64,000 nucleotides of DNA from the human T2T-CHM13v2.0 reference genome, Homo sapiens, in NCBI RefSeq assembly GCF_009914755.1, contig NC_060948.1. One strand, given 5' to 3'. The notes below the pieces were generated by a model. It saw only the letters and a program-made list of their open reading frames with translations, did not search any database and was not told the origin of the DNA. Positions 1 through 22,650 of this stretch are shown here, piece by piece. Position 1 is the first letter of the stretch. The number at the start of each line of letters is the position of its first letter. The position numbers and the translations under genes are program-made.

Positions 1-885
<885 letters not shown>

Positions 886-1455
886 AGATCCATATTTTTT
901 AAATGAAAAAAAATTTCAAAGGTACTCTGCTTGGTACAATAATCAAATGTATAAACTGAGGAATAAAACATAACCATGAAACCTACTTATAACTGCATAT
1001 GGAAAATACAGAGGATAATTTTTTAAATAACATATTTTGAAAGCCTTAACTAGTAATTTGAAGAGTTGGCATTTGAAAGGCCAGTATGAATATACCTTCA
1101 AAGCAGCAACACAGGTTCCCCATGAGAAAAAGCAAACACAGGGAAAACAAAAACACAAAGGTTCAATCTCTTCTGACCTTTGAAAGACACAGCACAGACA
1201 GTGGTCCTTAGGACGAAGAGCAGGAGACCCCTAATTCCGTCACCATGGCGATAGGGCATAAACATTGCTGGGTGAGGGCACAATCCACATTGTGAGGTCC
1301 AACTGCTGCCAGGAAGACAGGAGTGCTTTTACATAGACCGAAAGGTCATTGAAGGCTCAGAGTTTTGTTTCAAGAACTAAATCCCAAGCCCACACGTTAT
1401 TAGGCTGCGCTTCTTAAAACAAGTTATGAGATGGGAAAAAGGGCACCCACAAACA
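886..1455. repeat. HSATI-like segment of the monomer (~570 bp; present in every unit immediately after the Alu, truncated by the window end in U27)
   Basis: Non-Alu, non-simple sequence from 'agatccatattttttaaatg' to 'gggcacccacaaaca'. Length and position match the HSATI part of DYZ2. The name comes from known architecture rather than alignment, and the boundaries are approximate. Confidence 0.75.
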
Positions 1456-3305
<1,850 letters not shown>

Positions 3306-5410
3306 AGATCCATATTTTTTAAATGAAAAAAAATTTCAAAGGTACTCTGCTTGGTACAATAATCAAATGTATAAACTGAGGAATAAAACATAACCATGAA
3401 ACCTACTTATAACTGCATATGGAAAATACAGAGGATAATTTTTTAAATAACATATTTTGAAAGCCTTAACTAGTAATTTGAAGAGTTGGCATTTGAAAGG
3501 CCAGTATGAATATGCCTTCAAAGCAGCAACACAGGTTCCCCATGAGAAAAAGCAAACACAGGGAAAATAAAAACACAAAGGTTCAATCTCTTCTGACCTT
3601 TGAAAGACACAGCACAGACAGTGGTCCTTAGGACGAAGAGCAGGAGACCCCTAATTCCGTCACCATGGCGATAGGGCATAAACATTGCTGGGTGAGGGCA
3701 CAATCCACATTGTGAGGTCCAACTGCTGCCAGGAAGACAGGAGTGCTTTTACATAGACCGAAAGGTCATTGAAGGCTCAGAGTTTTGTTTCAAGAACTGA
3801 ATCCCAAACCCACACGATATTAGGCTGCGCTTCTTAAAACAAGTTATGAGATGGGAAAAAGGGCACCCACAAACATACGTATACATTATGTATATAATAA
3901 TATACAGTATCATATATATAATATATATAACCTATGTATAATATTGTTTTACATCCTGCATCTTATGTTATATATATTGTATAAAATATAATAATTGATA
4001 ATATATAAGTTTTATATTTATACAATATGACATATAGTATATATTATAATTTATGACATATATAATATATGTTATATATCATATATAGAATATATTATAC
4101 GTTTAATATACGTATTAAATATAAATTATACATTATATATATTATATATAATATATCTGTTATATATAATACCCATTATGCATAATATATATATTATGTC
4201 TATGTTATATATAGTATAAAACAACATATAATAATATATAATTGTATATATAAAATGCGACATATAATATATATTATATTTTATAACATATGTAATATAT
4301 ATTATATATTATATATCATACGTTGTATGTATAATACCTATATTAAATATATATTATATGACTATGTTATTAATTACATGTCACATGTGTTATATATTAT
4401 ATATTTTACATAGAATATACCGGTTACATACAATATATACTATGTTACCTATAATGTATAATTTATTACATGTAAAATAAAGAATGCAATATATTATGTA
4501 TAATTTACAATATACAATATGTGGAATGTGATATATATAACATATAATATATGATATATGATATACAGTATATGATATATAACATACAACATATGATTCC
4601 TAATATATATGGTATACAATATATATTTTATGATATGTATTCTCTATGTTTTATATTCTGTTATATATAACTATTTGAAATTATATATAACTGTATAATA
4701 TTTTATGTAAATATGTAATATAATATATATAACTATATAATATATTATATATAACTATATATTATGTTATATATACTTTTATAACATAATTTACATAAAA
4801 TATCATAATATAATATATATTATATTATTTCATATTACATAATATATATTACATATCACCCAATATAACTAACATACATAATATTATAATATAGATTATA
4901 TTGTGTTATATTAAATATCATATATATCATGTATCATATATTCTATAATATGTATTACACATTATATAATATGTATGTTGTCTATTATGTGATATATATA
5001 ACTCTATATATAATTATATTTTTATACATATAACTAGATAAACATGTAATTCTACATATTTTCATTTATAATATGTAGAATTATATAATCATATATAATT
5101 ATTTATATTCTATAAAAAATTTTGTCATTATATAAATTATAATATATAAAAATTATAATATGTACTACAAATATATATATTATATATCATATATGATATA
5201 GTACCTTTGTTATATTTCATAATACATATAAATGTGTATTATGTTATCTATAATTATATAATTTCATATATAAGATGTATAATATGTATCATATATTATA
5301 TATGTTATGTAATATATACAGTATATATAAGATGACACAGGATAAATATTATATACTATGACTTATAAAATATATGAGGTTATGTGTTACATATAAGTCA
5401 TAGCACATAA

Positions 5411-5725
<315 letters not shown>

Positions 5726-7851
5726 AGATCCATATTTTTTAAATGAAAAAAAATTTCAAAGGTACTCTGCTTGGTACAATAATCAAATGTATAAACTGAG
5801 GAATAAAACATAACCATGAAACCTACTTATAACTGCATATGGAAAATACAGAGGATAATTTTTTAAATAACATATTTTGAAAGCCTTAACTAGTAATTTG
5901 AAGAGCTGGCATTTGAAAGGCCTGTATGAATATACCTTCAAAGCAGCAACACAGGTTCCCCATGAGAAAAAGCAAACACAGGGAAAATAAAAACACAAAG
6001 GTTCAATCTCTTCTGACCTTTGAAAGACACAGCACAGACAGTGGTCCTTAGGACGAAGAGCAGGAGACCCCTAATTCCGTCACCATGGCGATAGGGCATA
6101 AACATTGCTGGGTGAGGGCACAATCCACATTGTGAGGTCCAACTGCTGCCAGGAAGACAGGAGTGCTTTTACATAGACCGAAAGGTCATTGAAGGCTCAG
6201 AGTTTTGTTTCAAGAAATGAATCCCAAGCCCACACGTTATTAGGCTGCGCTTCTTAAAACAAGTTATGAGATGGGAAAAAGGGCACCCACAAACATACGT
6301 ATACATTATGTATATAATAATATACAGTATCATATATATAATATATATAACCTATGTATAATATTGTTTTACATCCTGCATCTTATGTTATATATATTGT
6401 ATAAAATATAATAATTGATAATATATAAGTTTTATAATTATACAATATGACATATAGTATATATTATAATTTATGACATATATAATATATGTTATATTTC
6501 ATATATAGAATATATTATACGGTTAATATACGTATTAAATATAAATTATACATTATATATATTATATATAATATATCTGTTATATATAATACCCATTATG
6601 CATAATATATATATTATGTCTATGTTATATATAGTATAAAACAACATATAATAATATATAATTGTATATAGAAAACGCGACATATAATATATATTATATT
6701 TTATGACATATGTAATATATATTATATATTATATAAAATACGTTGTATGTATAATACCTATATTAAATATATATTATATGACTATGATATTAATTACATG
6801 TCACATATGTTATATATTATATATTTTACATAGAATATACCGGTTACATACAATATATACTATGTTACCTATAATGTATAATTGATTACATGTAAAATAA
6901 AGAATGCAATATATTATATATAATTTATAATATACAATATGTGCAATGTGATATATATAACATATAATATATGATATATGATATACAGTGTATGATATAT
7001 AACATACAATATATGATACCTAATATATATGGTATACAATATATATTTTATGATATGTATTCTCTATGTTTTACATTCTGTTATATATAACTATTTGAAA
7101 TTATATATAACTGTATAATATTTTATGTAAATATGTAATATAATATATATAACTATATAATATATTATAAATAACTATATATTATGTTATATATACTTTT
7201 ATAACATAATTTACATAAAATATCATAATATAATATATATTATATTATTTCATATTACATAATATATATTACATATCACCCAATATAAGTAACATACATA
7301 ATATTATAATATAGAATATATTATGTTATATTAAATATCATATATATCATGTATCATATATGCTATAATATATATTAAACAATATATAATATGTATGTTG
7401 CCTATTATGTGATATATATAGCTATATATATAATTATATTATTATACATATAACTAGATAAACATGTAATTCTACATATTTAGATTTATAATATATATAA
7501 TTATATAATCATATTTAATTATTTAAATTCTATAAAAAATTATATCATTATATAAATCATAATATATAATAATTATAATATGTACTAGAAATATATACTA
7601 TATATCATATATGATATAGTACCTTTGTTATATATCATAATACATATAAATGTGTATTATGTTATCGATAATTATATAATTTCATATATAAGATATATAA
7701 TATGTATTATATATTATATATGTTATGCAATATATATAGTATATATAAGATGACACAGGATAAATATTATATACTATGACATATAAAATATATGAGGTTA
7801 TATGTTACATATAAGGCATAGCACATAACATGTAATATATATCATATATAA

Positions 7852-8143
<292 letters not shown>

Positions 8144-10250
8144 AGATCCATATTTTTTAAATGAAAAAAAATTTCAAAGGTACTCTGCTTGGTACAATAA
8201 TCAAATGTATAAACTGAGGAATAAAACATAACCATGAAACCTACTTATAACTGCATATGGAAAATACAGAGGATAATTTTTTAAATAACATATTTTGAAA
8301 GCCTTAACTAGTAATTTGAAGAGTTGGCATTTGAAAGGCCAGTATGAATATACCTTCAAAGCAGCAACACAGGTTCCCCATGAGAAAAAGCAAACTCAGG
8401 GAAAATAAAACCACAAAGGTTCAATCTCTTCTGACCTTTGAAAGACACAGCACAGACAGTGGTCCTTAGGACGAAGAGCAGGAGACCCCTAATTCCGTCA
8501 CCATGGCGATAGGGCATAAACACTGCTGGGTGAGGGCACAATCCACATTGTGAGGTCCAACTGCTGCCAGGAAGACAGGAGTGCTTTTACATAGACCGAA
8601 ACGTCATTGAAGGCTCAGAGTTTTGTTTCAAGAACTGAATCCCAAGCCCACACGTTATTAGGCTGCGCTTCTTAAAACAAGTTATGAGATGGGAAAAAGG
8701 GCACCCACAAACATACGTATACATTATGTATATAATAATATACAGTATCATATATATAATATATATAACCTATGTATAATATTGTTTTACATCCTGCATC
8801 TTATGTTATATATATTGTATAAAATATAATAATTGATAATATATAAGTTTTATAATTATACAATATGACATATAGTATATATTATAATTTATGACATATA
8901 TAATATATGTTATATATCATATATAGAATATATTATACGGTTAATATACATATTAAATATAAATTATACATTATATATATTATATATAATATATCTGTTA
9001 TATATAATACCCATTATGCATAATATATATATTACGTCTATATTATATATATAGTATAAAATCACATATAATAATATATAATTGTATATATAAAATGCGA
9101 CATATAATATATATTATATTTTATAACATATGTAATATATATTATATATTATATATAATACGTTGTATGTATAATACCTATATTAAATATTTATTATATG
9201 ACTATGTTATTAATTACATGTCACATATGTTATATATTATATATTTTACATAGAATATACCGGTTACATACAATATACACTATGTTACCTATAATGTATA
9301 ATTGATTACATGTAAAATAAAGAATGCAATATATTATGTATAATTCATAGTATACAATATGTGGAATGTGATATATATAACATATAATATATGATATATG
9401 ATATACAGTATATGATATATAACATACAATATATGATATCTAATATATATGGTATACAATATATATTTTATGTTATGTATTCTATATGTTTTATATTCTG
9501 TTATATATAACTATTTGAAATTATATATAACTGTATAATATTTTATGTAAATATGTAATATAATATATATAACTATAAAATATATTATATATAACTATAT
9601 ATTATGTTATATATACTTTTATAACATAATTTACATAAAATATCATAATATAATATATATTATATTATTTCACATTACATAATATATATTACATATCACC
9701 CAATATAAGTAACATACATAATATTATAATACAGATTATATTATGTTATATTAAATATCATATATATCATGTATCATATATTCTATAATATATATTATAC
9801 ATTATATAATATGTATGTTGTCCATTATGTGATATATATAACTATATATATAATTATATTATTATACATATAACTAGATAAACATGTAATTCTACATATT
9901 TTCATTTATAATATATAGAATTATATAATCATATATAATTTTTTATATTCTATAAAAAATTATATCATTATATAAATTATAATATATAAAAATTATAAGA
10001 TGTACTACAAATATATATATTATATATCATATATGATATAGTACCTTTGTTATATATCATAATACATATAAATGTGTTTTATGTTATCTATAATTTTATA
10101 ATTTCATATATAAGATGTATAATATGTATTATATATTGTCTATGTTATGTAATATATATAGTATATATAAGCTGACACAGGATAAATATTATATACTATG
10201 ACATATAAAATATATGAGGTTATATGTTACATATAAGGCATAGCACATAA

Positions 10251-10565
<315 letters not shown>

Positions 10566-12659
10566 AGATCCATATTTTTTAAATGAAAAAAAATTTCAAA
10601 GTTACTCTGCTTAGTACAATAATCAAATGTATAAACTGAGGAACAAAACATAACCATGAAACCTACTTATAACTGCATATGGAAAATACAGAGGATAACT
10701 TTTTAAATAACATATTTTGAAAGGCTTAACTAGTAATTTGAAGAGTTGGCATTTGAAAGGCCAGTATGAATATACCTTGAAAGCACCAACACAGGTTCCC
10801 CATGAGAAAAAGCAAACTCAGGGAAAATAAAACCACAAACGTTCAATCTCTTCTGACCTTTGAAAGACACAGCACAGACAGTGGTCCTTAGGACGAAGAG
10901 CAGGAGACCCCTAATTCCGTCACCATGGCGATGGCGCATAAACACTGCTGGGTGAGGGCACAATCCACATTGTGAGGTCCAACTGCTGCCAGGAAGACAG
11001 GAGTGCTTTTACATAGACCGAAAGGTCATTGAAGGCTCAGAGTTTTGTTTCAAGAACTGAATCCCAAGCCCACACGTTATTAGGCTGCGCTTCTTAAAAC
11101 AAGTTATGAGATGGGAAAAAGGGCACCCACAAACATACGTATACATTATGTATATAATAATATACAGTATCATATATATAATATATATAACCTATGTATA
11201 ATATTGTTTTACATCCTGCATCTTATGTTATATATATTGTATAAAATATAATAATTGATAATATATAAGTTTTATATTTATACAATATGACATATAGTAT
11301 ATATTATAATTTATGACATATATAATATTTGTTATATATCATATATAGAATATATTATACGGTTAATATACGTATTAAATATAAATTATACATTATATAT
11401 ATTATATATAATATAACTGTTATATATAATACCCATTATGCATGATATATATATTATGTCTATGTTATATATAGTATAAAACAACATATAATAATATATA
11501 ATTGTATGTATAAAATGCGACATATAATATATATTATATTTTATAACATATGTAATATATATTATATATTATATATAATACGTTGTATGTATAATACCTA
11601 TATTAAATATATATTATATGACTATGTTATTAATTACATGTCACATGTGTTATATATTATATATTTTACATAGAATATACCGGTTACATACAATATATAC
11701 TATGTTACCTATAATGTATAATTTATTACATGTAAAATAAAGAATGCAATATATTATGTATAATTTATAATATACAATATGTGGAATGTGATATATATAA
11801 CATATAATATATGATATATGATATACAGTATATGATATATAACATACAATATATGATTCCTAATATATATGGTATACAATATATATTTTATGATATGTAT
11901 TCTATATGTTTTATATTCTGTTATATATAACTATTTGAAATTATATATAACTGTATAATATTTTATGTAAATATGTAATATAATATATAACTATATAATA
12001 TATTATATATAACTATATATTATGTTATATATACTTTTATAACATAATTTACATAAAATATCATAATATAATATATATTATATTATTTCATATTACATAA
12101 TATATATTACATATCACCCAATATAACTAACATACATAATATTATAATATAGATTATATTATGTTATATTAAATATCATATATATCATGTATCATATATT
12201 CTATAATATATATTACACATTATATAATATGTATGTTGTCTATTATGTGATATATATAACTATATATAATTATATTTTTATACATATAACTAGATAAACA
12301 TGTAATTCTACATATTTTCATTTATAATATGTAGAATTATATAATCATATATAATTATTTATATTCTATAAAAAATTTTATCATTATATAAATTATAATA
12401 TATAAAAATTATAATATGTACTACAAATATATATATCATATATGATATACTACCTTTGTTATATATCATAATACATATAAATGTGTATTATGTTATCTAT
12501 AATTATATAATTTCATATATAAGATGTATAATATGTATCATATATTATATATGTTATGTAATATATATAGTATATATAAGATGACACAGGATAAATATTA
12601 TATACTATGACATATAAAATATATGAGGTTATATGTTACATATAAGGCATAGCACATAA

Positions 12660-12974
<315 letters not shown>

Positions 12975-15079
12975 AGATCCATATTTTTTAAATGAAAAAA
13001 AATTTCAAAGGTACTCTGCTTGGTACAATAATCAAATGTATAAACTGAGGAATAAAACATAACCATGAAACCTACTTATAACTGCATATGGAAAATACAG
13101 AGGATAATTTTTTAAATAACATATTTTGAAAGCCTTAACTAGTAATTTGAAGAGTTGGCATTTGAAAGGCCAGTATGAATATACCTTCAAAGCAGCAACA
13201 CAGGTTCCCCATGAGAAAAAGCAAACACAGGGAAAATAAAAACACAAAGGTTCAATCTCTTCTGACCTTTGAAAGACACAGCACAGACAGTGGTCCTTAG
13301 GACGAAGAGCAGGAGACCCCTAATTCCGTCACCATGGCGATAGGGCATAAACATTGCTGGGTGAGGGCACAATCCACATTGTGAGGTCCAACTGCTGCCA
13401 GGAAGACAGGAGTGCTTTTACATAGACCGAAAGGTCATTGAAGGCTCAGAGTTTTGTTTCAAGAACTGAATCCCAAGCCCACACGTTATTAGGCTGCACT
13501 TCTTAAAACAAGTTATGAGATGGGAAAAAGGGCACCCACAAACATACGTATACATTATGTATATAATAATATACAGTATCATATATATAATATATATAAC
13601 CTATGTATAATATTGTTTTACATCCTGCATCTTATGTTATATATATTGTATAAAATATAATAATTGATAATATATAAGTTTTATAATTATACAATATGAC
13701 ATATAGTATATATTATAATTTATGACATATATAATATATGTTATATATCATATATAGAATATACTATACGGTTAATATACGTATTAAATATAAATTATAC
13801 ATTATATATATTATATATAATATATCTGTTATATATAATACCCATTATGCATAATATATATATTATGTCTATGTTATATATAGTATAAAACAACATATAA
13901 TAATATATAATTGTATATATAAAATGCGACAGATAATATATATTATATTTTATAACATATGTAATATATATTATATATTATATATAATACGTTGTATGTA
14001 TAATACCTATATTAAATATATATTATATGACTATGTTATTAATTACATGTCACATGTGTTATATATTATATATTTTACATAGAATATACCGGTTACATAC
14101 AATATATACTATGTTACCTATAATGTATAATTTATTACATGTAAAATAAAGAATGCAATATATTATGTATAATTTATAATATACCATATGTGGAATGTGA
14201 TATATATAACATATAATATATGATATATGATATACAGTATATGATATATAACATACAATATATGATTCCTAATATATATGGTATACAATATATATTTTAT
14301 GATATGTATTCTATATGTTTTATATTCTGTTATATATAACTATTTGAAATTATATATAACTGTATAATATTTTATGTAAATATGTAATATAATATATATA
14401 ACTATATAATATATTATATATAACTATATATTATGTTATATATAATTTTATAACATAATTTACATAAAATATCATAATATAATATATATTATATTATTTC
14501 ATATTACATAATATATATTACATATCACCCAATATAACTAACATACATAATATTATAATATAGATTATATTATGTTATATTAAATATCATATATATCATG
14601 TATCATATATTCTATAATATATATTACACATTATATAATATGTATGTTGTCTATTATGTGATATATACAACTATATATATAATTATATTTTTATACATAT
14701 AACTAGATAAACATGTAATTCTACATATTTTCATTTATAATATGTAGAATTATATAATCATATATAATTATTTATATTCTATAAAAAATTTTATCATTAT
14801 ATAAATTATAATATATAAAAATTATAATATGTACTACAAATATATATATTATATATCATATATGATATAGTACCTTTGTTATATATCATAATACATATAA
14901 ATGTGTATTATCTTATCTATAATTATATAATTTCATATATAAGATGTATAATATGTATCATATATTATATATGTTATGTAATATATATAGTATATATAAG
15001 ATGACACAGGATAAATATTATATACTATGACATATAAAATATATCAGGTTATATGTTACATATAAGGCATAGCACATAA

Positions 15080-15394
<315 letters not shown>

Positions 15395-17497
15395 AGATCC
15401 ATATTTTTTAAATGAAAAAAAATTTCAAAGGTACTCTGCTTGGTACATTAATCAAATGTAGAAACTGAGGAATAAAACATAACCATGAAACCTACTTATA
15501 ACTGCATATGGAAAATACAGAGGATAATTTTTTAAATAACATATTTTGAAAGCCTTAACTAGTAATTTGAAGAGTTGGCATTTGAAAGGCCAGTATGAAT
15601 ATACCTTCAAAGCAGCAACACAGGTTCCCCATGAGAAAAAGCAAACACAGGGAAAATAAAAACACAAAGGTTCAATCTCTTCTGACCTTTGAAAGACACA
15701 GCACAGACAGTGGTCCTTAGGACGAAGAGCAGGAGACCCCTAATTCCGTCACCATGGCGATAGGGCATAAACATTGCTGGGTGAGGGCACAATCCACATT
15801 GTGAGGTCCAACTGCTGCCAGGAAGACAGGAGTGCTTTTACATAGACCGAAAGGTCATTGAAGGCTCAGAGTTTTCTTTCAAGAACTGAATCCCAAGCCC
15901 ACACGTTATTAGGCTGCGCTTCTTAAAACAAGTTATGAGATGGGAAAAAGGGCACCCACAAACATACGTATACATTATGTATATAATAATATACAGTATC
16001 ATATATATAATATATATAACCTATGTATAATATTGTTTTACATCCTGCATCTTATGTTATATATATTGTATAAAATATAATAATTGATAATATATAAGTT
16101 TTATAATTATACAATATGACATATAGTATATATTATAATTTATGACATATATAATATATGTTATATGTCATATATAGAATATATTATACGGTTAATATAC
16201 GTATTAAATATAAATTATACATTATATATATTATATATAATATATCTGTTATATATAATAACCATTATGCATAATATATATATTATGTCTATGTTATATA
16301 TAGTATAAAACAACATATAATAATATATAATTGTATATATAAAATGCGACATATAATATATATTATATTTTATAACATATGTAATATATATTTTATATTA
16401 TATATAATACGTTGTATGTATAATACCTATATTAAATATATATTATATGACTATGTTATTAATTACATGTCACATGTGTTATATATTATATATTTTACAT
16501 AGAATATACCGGTTGCATACAATATATACTATGTTACCTATAATGTATAATTTATTACATGTAAAATAAAGAATGCAATATATTATGTATAATTTATAAT
16601 ATACCATATGTGGAATGTGATATATATAACATATAATATATGATATATGATATACAGTATATGATATATAACATACGATATATGATTCCTAATATATATG
16701 GTATACAATATATATTTTATGATATGTATTCTATGTGTTTTATATTCTGTTATATATAACTATTTGAAATTATATATAACTGTATAATATTTTATGTAAA
16801 TATGTAATATAATATATATAACTATATAATATATTATATATAACTATATATTATGTTATATATACTTTTATAACATAATTTACATAAAATATCATAATAT
16901 AATATATATTATATTATTTCATATTACATAATATATATTACATATCACCCAATATAACTAACATACATAATATTATAATATAGATTATATTGTGTTATAT
17001 TAAATATCATATATATCATGTATCATATATTCTATAATATAAAACTCATTATATAATATGTATGTTGTCTATTATGTGATATATATAACTATATATATAA
17101 TTATATTTTTATACATATAACTAGATAAACATGTAATTCTACATATTTTCATTTATAATATGTAGAATTATATAATCATATATAATTATTTATATTCTAT
17201 AAAAAATTTTATCATTATATAAATTATAATATATAAAAATTATAATATGTACTACAAATATATATATTATATATCATATATGATATAGTACCTTTGTTAT
17301 ATATCATAATACATATAAATGTGTATTATCTTATCTATAATTATATAATTTCATATATAAGATGTATAATATGTATCATATATTATATATGTTATGTAAT
17401 ATATATAGTATATATAAGATGACACAGGATAAATATTATATACTATGATATATAAAATATATCAGGTTATATGTTACATATAAGGCATAGCACATAA

Positions 17498-17812
<315 letters not shown>

Positions 17813-19917
17813 AGATCCATATTTTTTAAATGAAAAAAAATTTCAAAGGTACTCTGCTTGGTACAATAATCAAATGTATAAACTGAGGAATAAAACATAA
17901 CCATGAAACCTACTTATAACTGCATATGGAAAATACAGAGGATAATTTTTTAAATAACATATTTTGAAAGCCTTAACTAGTAATTTGAAGAGCTGGCATT
18001 TGAAAGGCCAGTATGAATATACCTTCAAAGCAGCAACACAGGTTCCCCATGAGAAAAAGCAAACACAGGGAAAATAAAAACACAAAGGTTCAATCTCTTC
18101 TGACCTTTGAAAGACACAGCACAGACAGTGGTCCTTAGGACGAAGAGCAGGAGACCCCTAATTCCGTCACCATGGCGATAGGGCATAAACATTGCTGGGT
18201 GAGGGCACAATCCACATTGTGAGGTCCAACTGCTGCCAGGAAGACAGGAGTGCTTTTACATAGACCGAAAGGTCATTGAAGGCTCAGAGTTTTGTTTCAA
18301 GAACTGAATCCCAAGCCCACACGTTATTAGGCTGCGCTTCTTAAAACAAGTTATGAGATGGGAAAAAGGGCACACACAAACATACGTATACATTATGTAT
18401 ATAATAATATACAGTATCATATATATAATATATATAACCTATGTATAATATTGTTTTACATCCTGCATCTTATGTTATATATATTGTATAAAATATAATA
18501 ATTGATAATATATAAGTTTTATAATTATACAATATGACATATAGTATATATTAAAATTTATGACATATATAATATATGTTATATATCATATATAGAATAT
18601 ATTATACGGTTAATATACGTATTAAATATAAATTATACATTATATATATTATATATAATATATCTGTTATATATAATATCCATTATGCATAATATATATA
18701 TTATGTCTATGTTATATATAGTATAAAACAACATATAATAATATATAATTGTATATATAAAATGCGACATATAATATATATTATATTTTATAACATATGT
18801 AATATATATTATATATTATATATAATACGTTGTATGTATAATACCTATATTAAATATATATTATATGACTATGTTATTAATTACATGTCACATGTGTTAT
18901 ATATTATATATTTTACATAGAATATACCGGTTACATACAATATATACTATGTTACCTATAATGTATAATTTATTACATGTAAAATAAAGAATGCAATATA
19001 TTATGTAAAATTTATAATATACCATATGTGAAATGTGATATATATAACATATAATATATGATATATGATATACAGTGTATGATATATAACATACAATATA
19101 TGATTCCTAATATATATGGTATACAATATATATTTTATGATATGTATCCTATATGTTTTATATTCTGTTATATATAACTATTTGAAATTATATATAACTG
19201 TATAATATTTTATGTAAATATGTAATATAATATATATAACTATATAATATATTTTATATAACTATATATTATGTTATATATACTTTTATAACATAATTTA
19301 CATACAATATCATAATATAATATATATTATATTATTTCATATTACATAATATATATTACATATCACCCAATATAACTAACATACATAATATTATAATATA
19401 GATTATATTATGTTATATTAAATATCATATATATCATGTATCATATATTCTATAATATATATTACACATTATATAATATGTATGTTGTCTATTATGTGAT
19501 ATATATAACAATATATATAATTATATTTTTATACATATAACTAGATAAACATGTAATTCTACAAATTTTCATTTATAATATGTAGAATTATATAATCATA
19601 TATAATTATTTATATTCTATAAAAAATTTTATGATTATATAAATTATAATATATAAAAATTATAATATGTACTACAAATATATATATTGTATATCATATA
19701 TGATATAGTACCTTTGTTATATATCATAATACATATAAATGTGTATTATGTTATCTATAATTATATAATTTCATATATAAGATGTATAATATGTATCATA
19801 TATTATATATGTTATGTAATATATATAGTATATATAAGATGACACAGGATAAATATTATGTACTATGACATATAAAATATATCAGGTTATATGTTACATA
19901 TAAGGCATAGCACATAA

Positions 19918-20232
<315 letters not shown>

Positions 20233-22335
20233 AGATCCATATTTTTTAAATGAAAAAAAATTTCAAAGGTACTCTGCTTGGTACAATAATCAAATGTATA
20301 TACTGAGGAATAAAACATAACCATGAAACCTACTTATAACTGCATATGGAAAATACAGAGGATAATTTTTTAAATAACATATTTTGAAAGCCTTAACTAG
20401 TAATTTGAAGAGTTGGCATTTGAAAGGCCAGTATGAATATACCTTCAAAGCAGCAACACAGGTTCCCCATGAGAAAAAGCAAACACAGGGAAAATAAAAA
20501 CACAAAGGTTCAATCTCTTCTGACCTTTGAAAGACACAGCACAGACAGTGGTCCTTAGGACGAAGAGCAGGAGACCCCTAATTCCGTCACCATGGCGATA
20601 GGGCATAAACATTGCTGGGTGAGGGCACAATCCACATTGTGAGGTCCAACTGCTGCCAGGAAGACAGGAGTGCTTTTACATAGACCGAAAGGTCATTGAA
20701 GGCTCAGAGTTTTGTTTCAAGAACTGAATCCCAAGCCCACACGTTATTAGGCTGTGCTTCTTAAAACAAGTTATGAGATGGGAAAAAGGGCACCCACAAA
20801 CATACGTATACATTATGTATATAATAATATACAGTATCATATATATAATATATATAACCTATGTATAATATTGTTTTACATCCTGCATCTTATGTTATAT
20901 ATATTGTATAAAATACAATAATTGATAACATATAAGTTTTATAATTATACAATATGACATATAGTATATATTATAATTTATGACATATATAATATATGTT
21001 ATATGTCATATATAGAATATATTATACGGTTAATATACGTATTAAATATAAATTATACATTATATATATTATATATAATATATCTGTTATATATAATAAC
21101 CATTATGCATAATATATATATTATGTCTATGTTATATATAGTATAAAACAACATATAATAATATATAATTGTATATATAAAATGCGACATATAATATATA
21201 TTATATTTTATAACATATGTAATATATATTTTATATTATATATAATACGTTGTATGTATAATACCTATATTAAATATATATTATATGACTATGTTATTAA
21301 TTACATGTCACATGTGTTATATATTATATATTTTACATAGAATATACCGGTTACATACAATATATACTATGTTACCTATAATGTATAATTTATTACATGT
21401 AAAATAAAGAATGCAATATATTATGTAAAATTTATAATATACCATATGTGAAATGTGATATATATAACATATAATATATGATATATGATATACAGTGTAT
21501 GATATATAACATACAATATATGATTCCTAATATATATGGTATACAATATATATTTTATGATATGTATTCTATATGTTTTATATTCTGTTATATATAACTA
21601 TTTGAAATTATATATAACTGTATAATATTTTATGTAAATATGTAATATAATATATATAACTATATAATATATTTTATATAACTATATATTGTTATATATA
21701 CTTTTATAACATAATTTACATAAAATATCATAATATAATATATATTATATTATTTCATATTACATAATATATATTACATATCACCCAATATAACTAACAT
21801 ACATAATATTATAATATAGATTATATTATGTTATATTAAATATCATATATATCATGTATCATATATTCTATAATATATATTACACATTATATAATATGTA
21901 TGTTGTCTATTATGTGATATATATAACAATAAATATAATTATATTTTTATACATATAACTAGATAAACATGTAATTCTACATATTTTCATTTATAATATG
22001 TAGAATTATATAATCATATATAATTATTTATATTCTATAAAAAATTTTATCATTATATAAATTATAATATATAAAAATTATAATATGTACTACAAATATA
22101 TATATTATATATCATATATGATATAGTACCTTTGTTATATATCATAATACATATAAATGTGTATTATCTTATCTATAATTTTATAATTTCATATATAAGA
22201 TGTATAATATGTATCATATATTATATATGTTATGTAATATATATAGTATATATAAGATGACACAGGATAAATATTATATACTATGACATATAAAATATAT
22301 GAGGTTATATGTTACATATAAGGCATAGCACATAA

Positions 22336-22650
<315 letters not shown>

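Noticed and set aside
943-1158. Recurrent 71-aa minus-strand ORF (MCFYFPCVCFF...)
   Set aside because: It starts at TTG rather than ATG, lies within HSATI and has no recognisable domain. It recurs only because the satellite repeats, and it is lost by single SNVs in U4, U5, U14 and U16.
1098-1283. Recurrent 61/77-aa minus-strand ORF (MCPHPAMF...)
   Set aside because: TTG start, overlaps the other ORF, and is disrupted in many units (e.g. 'ttctatc' creates a stop). There is no sign of coding constraint.
6703-6885. 60-71 aa plus-strand Ile/Tyr-rich ORFs (6703, 30883, 33216, 38054)
   Set aside because: These are translations of TA-rich low-complexity DNA, useful only as markers of sister segments.
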